A DNA stretch of 43,404 bases. Origin: a virus (lineage: Duplodnaviria > Caudoviricetes). The DNA lies in IMG/VR virus record IMGVR_UViG_3300016722_000004, positions 1 through 43,404 of that record; one strand, 5' to 3'. The stretch's first letter is position 1; each line of letters opens with the position of its first letter. The notes beneath the pieces are model-generated. The model made no database searches and had not been told where the DNA came from. It was given only the letters and a program-made list of their open reading frames with translations. A program made the translations under genes and the position numbers. Positions 1 to 7,952 of the stretch are shown here, piece by piece.

Positions 1-72
1 CCCCGGGGGGGGCGGGCGGAGTTCCGTCCGGACTTCTGGGGATAGATAAATCCTCGATTGTTTGGCTGCCAT
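1..72 (-). CDS. Hypothetical protein, truncated by window edge (MAAKQSRIYLSPEV...)
   Basis: GAAGGAG SD upstream of ATG at 72 on minus strand. Confidence 0.5.
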   Translation of the reverse strand, partial: MAAKQSRIYLSPEVRTELRPPPPG

Positions 73-128
73 AAGGATCTCCTTCTGATATGGATAGGCC
101 CCGCGCGAGGCGGGGCCGTTGAAGTGCT

Positions 129-557
129 TTAATCTTCGTCTTTTTTAAGATCGCGCCCGAAAACTATCCGGACCAGCTTAGAGCGCTTGCCGGAGACGGT
201 CGCGGAGAGGACTTTGCGGATACCCCGACCCTGGACCGACCAATCGTCGGTAGTCCCGCGCCAGCCGTGATATCTGCGATCCGAGGCATCCATATTACCA
301 GCCCAACCCTCGCCATTATCCTCGCGATAGGACAGGGAGGAGGGCTTGTCGCCATTGGGGCCGACGTACTCGTCTGTGGCCACCATGTAGGTGGATCCGA
401 TCATGGGGAGGATGATCTCGGAGGCTTCGAAGGCCGCATAGTCCGCCTCGCGGTCCTCGTCGTTGTACATGGAGCGGGGCGCGCGGCCAGCGCTGAAGCG
501 GTACTCAAAAACAAACCTGCCATCCGCAGTCTCGAAAAACTTCGTCGTCTTAGCCAT
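129..557 (-). CDS. Hypothetical protein (accessory early gene)
   Basis: 142 aa ORF with AAGGAG SD and its own sigma70-like promoter. Confidence 0.8.
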   Translation of the reverse strand: MAKTTKFFETADGRFVFEYRFSAGRAPRSMYNDEDREADYAAFEASEIILPMIGSTYMVATDEYVGPNGDKPSSLSYREDNGEGWAGNMDASDRRYHGWRGTTDDWSVQGRGIRKVLSATVSGKRSKLVRIVFGRDLKKDED

Positions 558-637
558 CTCAGTCTCCTTGTGCCTTCCCCTCTCGGGGTAGCAACTTAGG
601 TAACTTGTAGGTGATCTTTCTCAATCACCATGATCAT

Positions 638-666
638 ACTATACCGCTATAGCGGTATACGCGCAA
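638..666 (-). promoter_or_regulatory. Sigma70-like promoter TTGCGC-N17-TATAGT with a perfect 20-bp palindromic operator
   Basis: TATACCGCTATAGCGGTATA at 640-659 covers the spacer and -10. Confidence 0.75.
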
Positions 667-683
667 GGGGTAATCGTACTTTT

Positions 684-944
684 CTACGAAATATCTTCGA
701 GGCCTGCCATCTTCTCCGCAGCGACCGCCTGTCTGTACTCCTCGAGTGTCATCTCGCCCGTGTAGAGCCTTAGCAGCGTCCAGGCGGCCCAGGGAATAGA
801 GCGAGCACCTGGCTGGTCAGGAGGGGCAGTCCATCGACGTACGGCGCGTGAGTCGACGCCAACGATACGCCCGGCCTCAGCTCCGGTGATTCCATTCGTC
901 TTTAGCCACTCGCGGAAAGCGTCAGGATTTGGAACCTTATACAT
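684..944 (-). CDS. KorC/Aca-like HTH repressor
   Basis: GITGAEAGRIVGVDSRAVRRW...IPWAAW resembles IncP KorC (GLTGGQAARILG..RTVRRW..IPYAAW) and Aca1/Aca3-type HTHs, recalled from memory. Confidence 0.75.
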   Translation of the reverse strand: MYKVPNPDAFREWLKTNGITGAEAGRIVGVDSRAVRRWTAPPDQPGARSIPWAAWTLLRLYTGEMTLEEYRQAVAAEKMAGLEDIS

Positions 945-1149
945 AGTTTTCCCTCACTACAGCCTCGATGATTGTGACCTCTTCCTGGACCTCCTGTCCC
1001 ATGGCATTCTCATAGCCGAGTAGGGCAGGGGACTCGAGGTACTGCATCCCGGCCGCGAGGAGCTTCGCGCGCGCCGCTTTCTTTTTCTCTTCAACAATAG
1101 CAGCGGAGATCCGCGTGCCGTCTTTCGTCGATCGGATAACATATTTCAT
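937..1149 (-). CDS. Small hypothetical protein (anti-defence candidate)
   Basis: 70 aa, GGGGAG SD, overlaps the HTH start. Confidence 0.7.
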   Translation of the reverse strand: MKYVIRSTKDGTRISAAIVEEKKKAARAKLLAAGMQYLESPALLGYENAMGQEVQEEVTIIEAVVRENYV

Positions 1150-1197
1150 GGCTTCTCCCCTTATAGGATAATGGGGCCCTTGCGGGCCCCTGGTCGG

Positions 1198-1512
1198 CTA
1201 GAAGAACCGGACCTCTTGGTCTTTGTGGACCATCACTGACTCCTGGTGGAGCTCCTGCTTGATCCGGAGGGCGAGGCTCTCGACGAGCTCGTCATCCTCG
1301 GTCTCGTAGGCGGCCTCGACGAGGTAGACGCGCTCTTCGATGAGCTCGCCGCTCTCGGCCTTGTAGCCGCCGGTGGCTGTGGTCTCGGTGTATCCGCCGA
1401 AGGCCTGGGCAAGGGCGGACTTGACCGCGACTCGGAGGCCGTCAACGATGGCGAGCGGCGCCGGGACGTTGTAGATCGTGGAGGGGATCACGATAACGTA
1501 GGAATGATTCAT
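1198..1512 (-). CDS. Putative SAM lyase (T3 SAMase/DUF3574-like)
   Basis: ATG 1512 with CAGGAG SD; motifs FGGYT..TGGY...EE..(H)QESVMVHK parallel T3 SAMase TGCY...EE...EQDCVLVYK. Confidence 0.6.
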   Translation of the reverse strand: MNHSYVIVIPSTIYNVPAPLAIVDGLRVAVKSALAQAFGGYTETTATGGYKAESGELIEERVYLVEAAYETEDDELVESLALRIKQELHQESVMVHKDQEVRFF

Positions 1513-1581
1513 ATTGCATCTCCTGGTGGAGGGGTGCCCTGGTCTAGGACCGGGCTTCGTTGAGCTCCTCACCCAACAAGA

Positions 1582-1613
1582 ACAGTATAGGGCCATTGGC
1601 CCTATACTGTCAA
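1582..1613 (-). promoter_or_regulatory. Strong promoter TTGACA-N18-TATACT overlapped by a 29-bp palindrome (KorC-like operator)
   Basis: ACAGTATAGGGCCA-T-TGGCCCTATACTGT at 1582-1610. Confidence 0.8.
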
Positions 1614-1744
1614 GAGGTTAAGCATTGAATCGGAAGGTCATTTCATGCGCGTATTAGGTACATGATTACACTGGACCCATCGCACTATCTCCCTCTCTGG
1701 CTTTGGGAGCTAATTGATCTCGTCGAAGAGGCATCCACCCCATC

Positions 1745-2009
1745 TGTTACTGGAATTTGTTACGTAGATCCCGCCAAATTTGTGCCAAGCGCGCGGGAAC
1801 GTACGGTAACGCACGGGTAGACGCGGGAAAATAAAGTCATATACTACAAGGAGACACGGGCATAGACGGGAAAACAGCGGCGCGTGCGAGGAACGTTCTA
1901 ACCTATTTTGGGACCAAGGTATCGGGGGTTCAAATCCCCCCGTCCCGAAAAGGAATTAGAGAGACGATCCCCTGTAAAAGGTCCGTGTTACGTCGGCCCT
2001 GTTACGTAG
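1745..2009 (+). other. attP region: core = 3' half of tRNA-Pro(TGG) at 1907-1948, with flanking arm-type repeats
   Basis: TTTGGGA-CCAAG-GTATC-GGGGG-TTCAAAT-CCCCC-CGTCCCG-A without 5' half; TGTTAC(GTAG) repeats at 1745, 1758, 1986, 2000. Confidence 0.85.
1791..1870 (+). repeat. 10-bp phased CGGG repeats (putative RDF/Xis sites)
   Basis: CGGG/CGGT at 1794, 1804, 1814, 1824 and at 1857, 1867. Confidence 0.6.
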
Positions 2010-2019
2010 GAGAATCTCT

Positions 2020-3378
2020 ATGTATCGTAAAGGCGCCCAGCCTCAGTTCCATTTTGAGACCTTTCGCCGACTCATGGCTGACGGGTCTCGAGTCATATAC
2101 GTCCGTTTCCTCGCTGCTGATGGCGCGATCCTCGCGACCCGCTCGACAGGCTGCGTAGACGACAAGGCGGCCTCCGGAGAGATCTTGCGGCTCCTCTCGG
2201 AGCTCGACCTCTCTGCCCTCGATGCGGCGCGTTGCGCGAAAGAGCAAGCCGCGGAAGAGAAGGCCCTCACCGACGACGCCCGCTTCTCCTCGATGTCGAT
2301 CCTGGAATTCATCGAGTGGTATTGGAGCGACGAAGGCTATCATGTGACCGACCAGGCCGACGCTAAGAAGCCGCTCTCGGCGCACTATATCGAAGACTGT
2401 CGCTTCTACCTCAAACGCTATATTTCCCCCTGGCCTGGCTTCGAGGGGAAGCGCCTTGCAGACGTCTCCTTCGCGCTCATCGAGAGCTTCTTCCGCTATG
2501 CGAAGAAGCTCCATCAACTGCAATTCCCTGACCGGCTCGTCTCGCGTGAACAGCTCAATCAGATGATCTGCACGATCAGGGGCCCGATCTATTGGGCTGC
2601 GGCCCGAAGCCTGTGCAAGCCCGTCGACTTCAAGACGATCGTGCTCCCCGCCGCTTCATCGCGCGAGCGCGGCATTCTCACCGACAAAGAGATCGACGCT
2701 ATCGTGGCGCTCCCCACGCAGCAGTCATGGCGCCCGAAGGAGGGCGGATATCTCCATGTCGACGTCCAGCGACGGCCACGCCTGAAGGGAGGGGTGAAGA
2801 ACCCCGAGGAGATGGCAATCCTCGACGTCCGCCAGAAAGCCTATGTGCTCATGGGGCCGTTTTGTGGCTTTCGCCGGGGGGAAGAGCGCGGGCTCAAATG
2901 GAAGGCGGTAGATCTTGAAAGGGGAGTCATCATAGTTGAGAATAACTACGTTGACAAAGACGGGGACAAAGCTCCGAAAAAGGATAGCTATGGGATGCTG
3001 CCGATCGATCCGTCCCTCGAGGTTGTCCTCTGGGAGCTCCACGAGCTCGCAAAGGCCCTGGGGCTCGATGGGCCTGACGACTACGTGCTCATGAACCCCG
3101 CCGACCCGACGAAACCCGCCTCAAAGTCTGTGCTCCGCTCCGGCTGGCTTCGGTCTCTTAGACTCATAGGGGTTTCGAAGGAGGAACAGGAAGCCCGCCA
3201 TCTTGTCTACCATGGGACGCGGCACCGCTTCGCGACGAAGCTCGTTGACTCCGGCATGGCTCCGCTCGAGGCCATGAAGATGACGAGGCACAGGACGCTC
3301 GAGATGCTCATGAGGTATTCGAACCACGTTTCGGAAGAGACTTTCGAGAAGGCAAGGGAAGCAATAAAAGCGAGATAA
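2020..3378 (+). CDS. int: Tyrosine integrase
   Basis: Catalytic motifs GFRRGE, HGTRH, TRH, RYSN; adjacent to attP. Confidence 0.92.
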   Translation: MYRKGAQPQFHFETFRRLMADGSRVIYVRFLAADGAILATRSTGCVDDKAASGEILRLLSELDLSALDAARCAKEQAAEEKALTDDARFSSMSILEFIEWYWSDEGYHVTDQADAKKPLSAHYIEDCRFYLKRYISPWPGFEGKRLADVSFALIESFFRYAKKLHQLQFPDRLVSREQLNQMICTIRGPIYWAAARSLCKPVDFKTIVLPAASSRERGILTDKEIDAIVALPTQQSWRPKEGGYLHVDVQRRPRLKGGVKNPEEMAILDVRQKAYVLMGPFCGFRRGEERGLKWKAVDLERGVIIVENNYVDKDGDKAPKKDSYGMLPIDPSLEVVLWELHELAKALGLDGPDDYVLMNPADPTKPASKSVLRSGWLRSLRLIGVSKEEQEARHLVYHGTRHRFATKLVDSGMAPLEAMKMTRHRTLEMLMRYSNHVSEETFEKAREAIKAR

Positions 3379-3383
3379 AAATA

Positions 3384-3404
3384 AGGGCCCCGCGATGGGG
3401 CCCT
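3384..3404. terminator. Probable bidirectional terminator between integrase and lipoprotein
   Basis: AGGGCCCC-GCGAT-GGGGCCCT between convergent stop codons, A-rich on the left. Confidence 0.65.
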
Positions 3405-3410
3405 ATTGCT

Positions 3411-4079
3411 TTAGAAGTTGCTGATTAGCTTGTAGGTTATTTGTGTGCTTGTCGCGTTCAGCACTTCCATTTTCAGCTTTTGATATTGAACTATCTTTGA
3501 CTCCGACAAATCATAGACAACATCAACTGAAAAGGCTGGACGCGCATAATCATCAGCAAATTCTCGATAAGTGAATCGCAGAATATCTTTATCTTTTCCC
3601 GTAAAAATGAGCGTCTTCTGGAATGACGACTTATTGTCAACAGTGAATTTCTTATATTGATAATTCGCCTGCGGGATATCACCAAGATAATAGATCATTC
3701 CAAAATCATTATAGACCGCTCTCTGGAGAGATTTTAGCCTTTTGCTATATGCCAAAAAGCATTCAGAATTATTGACGGTTTTCATGGCCGCCCCGGTCGA
3801 TGTTATGGGGTCGAACCGATCGAATTCGGCAGAGCTTTCTGTCTGCCGATATAGGCCCTTTGATACACACCCGTCTAAGGCGGGAGAAAGCATCTCAAGG
3901 CCATAGGCTTCAATTCGAGAGCCTTCCGACACAAGGGTTTCTCCGATTGTCCTAGTTGTTTCCACGCCTATCTTGGGGTCTGAAATATCTATGATCTCAG
4001 GCTCTATCCTGCGAGACGGAGTAGTTGTGCAGCCCGCGAGAATAAAAACAGCCGACAGCGCCAGCAATGCCTTCTTCAT
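3411..4079 (-). CDS. Lipoprotein (moron; possible superinfection exclusion)
   Basis: MKK + hydrophobic stretch + LAGC lipobox; AT-richer than the genome. Confidence 0.8.
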   Translation of the reverse strand: MKKALLALSAVFILAGCTTTPSRRIEPEIIDISDPKIGVETTRTIGETLVSEGSRIEAYGLEMLSPALDGCVSKGLYRQTESSAEFDRFDPITSTGAAMKTVNNSECFLAYSKRLKSLQRAVYNDFGMIYYLGDIPQANYQYKKFTVDNKSSFQKTLIFTGKDKDILRFTYREFADDYARPAFSVDVVYDLSESKIVQYQKLKMEVLNATSTQITYKLISNF

Positions 4080-4195
4080 CTTCTCCCCCCTTTTTCAATC
4101 AACACGCAAATGATAATATACTACCGGCCTTATAGCGAACGGCAAGCGCGGGGAACCCTGCACGGAAGAATCGCTCCTCACCCGAGGAGTCTCCC

Positions 4196-4384
4196 GTGGT
4201 CGAACCCGAAGAAGTCCAAGCCTATAAGGCCGAACACCATTTAACCAACCCCGACCTCGCCCGCATTTCGGGCCTGGATATCAGCTTCGTCCGCATGTGG
4301 ACCCATAAGAAGGGGCCCGGCTTTAAGCCGTGTCCTGACGATACATGGGAACGCATAAAGCAAAAGGCCGAAGGCAAGCAATAG
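4196..4384 (+). CDS. Small HTH protein
   Basis: GAGGAG SD; LTNPDLARISGLDISFVRMW HTH-like pattern. Confidence 0.6.
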   Translation: MVEPEEVQAYKAEHHLTNPDLARISGLDISFVRMWTHKKGPGFKPCPDDTWERIKQKAEGKQ

Positions 4385-4569
4385 GGCTCCCGGACGGGCG
4401 CGGGCCCATCGGGAGCTTATGACCATTGACGAGGCCCACTACCTCGATTATCTCGCCACAGAATGCGCGAAGAAGAAACGCGAAGCGATGAAGAAGAATG
4501 ACAAATCGAAGGAGGCCATCGCAGACGCTCAACTCGATCTTGTTCTTCATCTTTTAACCGTCTTCTCCG

Positions 4570-4794
4570 TCACCCATTCCTAATCATGCGCAATGCCTGA
4601 ATCCTTGCATATTCTGAAAGCGGGCGGCCTGATATGCGGGCGGCCTTGCGCATCGTCGAAACGCGATCGGCCTCAATGCGGAGGACGACCTCGCTCCCGC
4701 CCTCAACGGCTAGGACGATCTCATCTTCGACCCCCGCAGGGGTCTCTTCTTGCTTTAATAACTGCAACATCTTTTTTTTACTCCAGGCGGTCAT
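4570..4794 (-). CDS. Hypothetical protein, RHH-like C-terminus
   Basis: VVLRIEADRVSTMRKAARISGRPLSEYAR. Confidence 0.5.
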   Translation of the reverse strand: MTAWSKKKMLQLLKQEETPAGVEDEIVLAVEGGSEVVLRIEADRVSTMRKAARISGRPLSEYARIQALRMIRNG

Positions 4795-4827
4795 TGTAAA
4801 CCAGTTTACAAATTGCGCAATATTTAT

Positions 4828-5154
4828 TTACTTCTCTTCGTCGAGCGCATCGCCATTGCTTACCTTGCCCGGTTTCTTGGCTGCCCGCTCTTCGGCTTCT
4901 TCCCTTTTTAGCGCCTGGGGGCCAGAGAAAAAGTTTGCATCCTTTAAGGGCTCATATTGAGGATCGGCAGTATTCCCGCGTCTTGCGGCCTTCGCTTTTA
5001 AGACGACCTGTCTTTGCCATTCGGCTTCTTCGAGGCCAAGCTTCACGAGGTACAAGACCTCATCAGTAAAATTAGCCTGCTTGTCTTCTACTTGCGCCTT
5101 TTCGATTTGCTCTCGTAAATCAGAGGGCCATCGAATACCTGACGTACCAGCCAT
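4828..5154 (-). CDS. Arc/Mnt-like RHH repressor (CI position)
   Basis: GGAGAAGGA SD; GIRWPSDLREQIEKAQ...FTDEVLYLVKLGL; divergent from early operon. Confidence 0.75.
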   Translation of the reverse strand: MAGTSGIRWPSDLREQIEKAQVEDKQANFTDEVLYLVKLGLEEAEWQRQVVLKAKAARRGNTADPQYEPLKDANFFSGPQALKREEAEERAAKKPGKVSNGDALDEEK

Positions 5155-5202
5155 ACATAGTCCTTCTCCCAGCTTATCTAAATACAAGATAAAGCTAAAA
5201 AG

Positions 5203-5261
5203 CACAATGTGCAACATTTTTTCGATTCATTGTTGACAGCCATGCCACAACGTGCAACAAT
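5203..5261 (+). promoter_or_regulatory. Early promoter TTGACA-N17-AACAAT with two 14-bp operator repeats
   Basis: CACAATGTGCAACA (5203-5216) and CACAACGTGCAACA (5246-5259). Confidence 0.65.
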
Positions 5262-5290
5262 AATGCCTAATGATGCACGAGAAGATAGAA

Positions 5291-5440
5291 ATGAAACAAA
5301 CCAAGGGCATTCGCTGGCCAGCTGATTTGAAAAACCTTGTTGAAATGGCTGCCACAGAAGACGAGCGCACCTTCTCCGATGAGGTGCGCGTCCTGGTACG
5401 TCTGGGATTGAAGCGTCGAAAAACGGGAGGGGCCGCATGA
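5291..5440 (+). CDS. 49-aa RHH Cro-analog (absent from ORF track)
   Basis: MKQTKGIRWPADLKNLVEMAATEDERTFSDEVRVLVRLGLKRRKTGGAA; paralog of 4828-5154; stop overlaps next ATG. Confidence 0.8.
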   Translation: MKQTKGIRWPADLKNLVEMAATEDERTFSDEVRVLVRLGLKRRKTGGAA

Positions 5441-6174
5441 ATGATCTCCAGGTTTTCATGTTTGATCAGTGGCGCGTCCGCATTATCGACCGGGACGGCC
5501 TGCCTTGGTGGATTCTTCGCGACGTATGCGAAGCGCTAGGGATAGCAAACGCCGGAAATGTAGCCGACCGGCTATCTGACGACGAGAAAGCTGATATCCG
5601 CCTGGCGGACACCAGCTCGAATGGCACCGTCCAGGCGCGATCCATGACCATTGTCAATGAGTCCGGCCTCTATGCGACCATCCTTCGCTCGGACAAGCCC
5701 GAAGCGAAGCGCTTCCGCCATTGGATCACCGCCGAAGTCCTGCCCTCTATCCGCCGGACGGGCGGCTATCATGTGCCTCAAGGGCCGGAACTCATGGCTC
5801 TTGCTGTCCTCGAGGCACAGAAGACCATCGAGGCCATGAGTGCCCGTGCCGCTATCGACGCGCCGAAGGTTGAATCTTTCGAGGCCCTTATGCGCTCCGA
5901 CAAGTGCCTCTCGATCACCGATGCCGCGAAGCATTTCGGGCTCCACCCCAAGACGGAAGTCTTCCCCTACCTGCGGGCCCTGAAGTATCTCACGCAAAAC
6001 GACCTGCCCTCTCAGGCCGCGATCGATCAAGGGTATCTCGCCCTTAAGGAAGTGAAGGATCGAGAGGGGAATATCTGGCCCCAGGCCGTCGTCGAGGTCT
6101 GGCAGCTTGAGAATTGGCGGGCGCACGTCGTCCCGCAGATCAAGCGCTGGAACGGCGAGGAGCAGTCAGCATGA
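5437..6174 (+). CDS. Bro-N / KilAC-type antirepressor
   Basis: N-terminal PWW..DVC..LG, NESGLY..SDKPEAKRFRHWIT.EVLPSIRRTG; C-terminal APKV...SITDAAK. Confidence 0.9.
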   Translation: MNDLQVFMFDQWRVRIIDRDGLPWWILRDVCEALGIANAGNVADRLSDDEKADIRLADTSSNGTVQARSMTIVNESGLYATILRSDKPEAKRFRHWITAEVLPSIRRTGGYHVPQGPELMALAVLEAQKTIEAMSARAAIDAPKVESFEALMRSDKCLSITDAAKHFGLHPKTEVFPYLRALKYLTQNDLPSQAAIDQGYLALKEVKDREGNIWPQAVVEVWQLENWRAHVVPQIKRWNGEEQSA

Positions 6175-6283
6175 AGCGCCGCCAGAATCGCCTCCACGTC
6201 ACGCCGCGCGCCCTCCGTCGCGCGTCCTGCGCCGCCCTCGCTGATTCCCTTCGCGCCGCTCTCGCGGCCGCAAGGAGCGCGTC

Positions 6284-6526
6284 ATGACCCCCGAACGCTA
6301 TGGCCGCCTCTGCGACCTTCTCACCTCCGGCGCCGCGCACCTCTCACTCGAGGGCGACGAGGCCGCCAGCGACGACTGCACCGCGATCATGGCCGACCTT
6401 CTCGGCTCGCTCAGTCCCGAAGAGGGCGACAAGATGGTCCACGGCGTCATCGACTTCCGTCCCATCCGCGGCGCGTCCATGCCGCCCGCCGTTCAGCCGC
6501 AAATCATTTCATTCGGAGGTCGCTAG
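6284..6526 (+). CDS. Hypothetical protein
   Basis: AAGGAG SD, operon context. Confidence 0.65.
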   Translation: MTPERYGRLCDLLTSGAAHLSLEGDEAASDDCTAIMADLLGSLSPEEGDKMVHGVIDFRPIRGASMPPAVQPQIISFGGR

Positions 6527-6643
6527 ATGGATCAGTTCACGCTTCTCGTCGGCCGGGCATGGCCCATCATCGTTTTCGCTTCCATGGTCTGCGCCTTCAT
6601 CGCCTATCGCGTCGGCTACCTGCACGGAAGGCTCGGGAAATGA
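6527..6643 (+). CDS. 38-aa single-TM protein (absent from ORF track)
   Basis: GGAGG SD; MDQFTLLVGRAWPIIVFASMVCAFIAYRVGYLHGRLGK. Confidence 0.6.
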   Translation: MDQFTLLVGRAWPIIVFASMVCAFIAYRVGYLHGRLGK

Positions 6644-6852
6644 TAAAGCCTCTCAGCCTCAGCGAGCTTTCAGGAAAGAGTGGGTTCTCAGACAGGGTTC
6701 TACGCCGCTTCGTTACCGAGGGCATGCCCGTTATCCGCGTCGGCCGCGCTATTTACATCCGCGAGGATGCTTTCGAGACGTGGCTCCTCTCGCACGAGAC
6801 GACGGAGTACAAGCCGTACCACAAGACGCCGGATGAAGAGAGGGCGATATGA
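6640..6852 (+). CDS. Excisionase-like winged HTH
   Basis: LSLSELS...LRRFV..GMPVIRVGRAIYI...FETWL. Confidence 0.7.
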   Translation: MIKPLSLSELSGKSGFSDRVLRRFVTEGMPVIRVGRAIYIREDAFETWLLSHETTEYKPYHKTPDEERAI

Positions 6853-7199
6853 GCGCGAGAATCCACGTCTCCGCAAAGCAGGCCCGCACTCTCGACGGTA
6901 TCGTCTTCGATTCCAAAGCCGAGATGCAGCGCTACGCGGAATTGCGAATGCTCGAGCGCGCGGGCCTGATCAAAGACCTCGAGCTCCAGCCACCCTATAT
7001 CCTCCAGGACGCATATCTCCGCGACGGGAAGAAGATTCGCGCGATCACCTACTTCGCCGACTTTCGTTACCTCGACATGCGCACCAAGCGAATCGTCGTC
7101 GAGGATTGCAAGGGGATGCAGACGGAAGTCTACAAGCTGAAGAAGAAAATTTTGCTGTTCAAATTTCCCGAGATCAATTTCCAGGAGGTGAAGGCGTGA
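6849..7199 (+). CDS. DUF1064 PD-(D/E)XK nuclease
   Basis: DGIVFDSKAE, LELQPPY, YFADF, VVEDCKG..TEVYKLKKK. Confidence 0.85.
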   Translation: MSARIHVSAKQARTLDGIVFDSKAEMQRYAELRMLERAGLIKDLELQPPYILQDAYLRDGKKIRAITYFADFRYLDMRTKRIVVEDCKGMQTEVYKLKKKILLFKFPEINFQEVKA

Positions 7200-7723
7200 A
7201 CGATACTCGAAGGCTCCTCAAGTTCAAATACGGGAGCGGCTCGGAGGAAGAGTTCAAGAAGTGCCTCGTGAAATTCGAGACGCTTCGCGGCGATGGGGAT
7301 TACGACGTCTTCACTTTCGAGTGCGACGACGAGCCCCATCCCGACCTCAAGAAAAAGCTCGAGGCCATGATTCCCTTTCTCCTCGAGAACTGCGAATTCG
7401 AGGCGGACGCGGCGCACAAGATCACCGTCAAATCGATCACCTGCACGCACAAGGCGATGGAGGGCTTCGACGTTCACGGCCTCGTCATTTCAGGTCTTCG
7501 CGAGCTCAAGCGCTGCAACGCGCCGATGAATCTCACGTCACCGCACAAGACCGACCGGGCCTACTCCGACGAGGACGAGAGCGACGACAACCTTCTGAGC
7601 TCTGCGTGCCTCGATGCGCTCGACGATCTTGTAGCTGAGATATTCGCCTACGTGGACGGGAAGAGAGCACAACTCGAGCTCGGCCTGGAAGCGGACGAGA
7701 AGCCCGCGGAGATCCCCGCTTAG
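7196..7723 (+). CDS. Hypothetical protein
   Basis: GTG 7196 with GGAGG SD; coupled to upstream stop. Confidence 0.75.
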   Translation: MNDTRRLLKFKYGSGSEEEFKKCLVKFETLRGDGDYDVFTFECDDEPHPDLKKKLEAMIPFLLENCEFEADAAHKITVKSITCTHKAMEGFDVHGLVISGLRELKRCNAPMNLTSPHKTDRAYSDEDESDDNLLSSACLDALDDLVAEIFAYVDGKRAQLELGLEADEKPAEIPA

Positions 7724-7778
7724 TTTCCGCCTCCGCATGGCGGCAGGCATCAAATAGCAATCGAGGAGGATTCAGCAA

Positions 7779-7952
7779 GTGACCATCAAGGAAATCGCGG
7801 CCGAGTACGGAATCTCCGATTCGACCGCGCGAAGGAAGATGGGAAGCATCGAGCCGAAGGGCTACAAGGGCTTCGGGGTCAACAAGAGCGCCGACTATGC
7901 CGTGGTTGTGGTGCGGACGATCTTCGGGAAGAAGAAAAAGGCTTCGGCCTGA
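7779..7952 (+). CDS. 57-aa HTH protein (absent from ORF track)
   Basis: GAGGAGG SD; MTIKEIAAEYGISDSTARRKM. Confidence 0.7.
   Translation: MTIKEIAAEYGISDSTARRKMGSIEPKGYKGFGVNKSADYAVVVVRTIFGKKKKASA

Noticed and set aside
1870-1950. Complete tRNA-Pro gene
   Set aside because: 5' acceptor strand, D arm and 5' anticodon stem are absent; it is the att core only
4323-4550. 75-aa minus-strand ORF as a toxin or membrane gene
   Set aside because: Overlaps the plus-strand HTH and a hairpin, with no recognisable motif; cannot be supported
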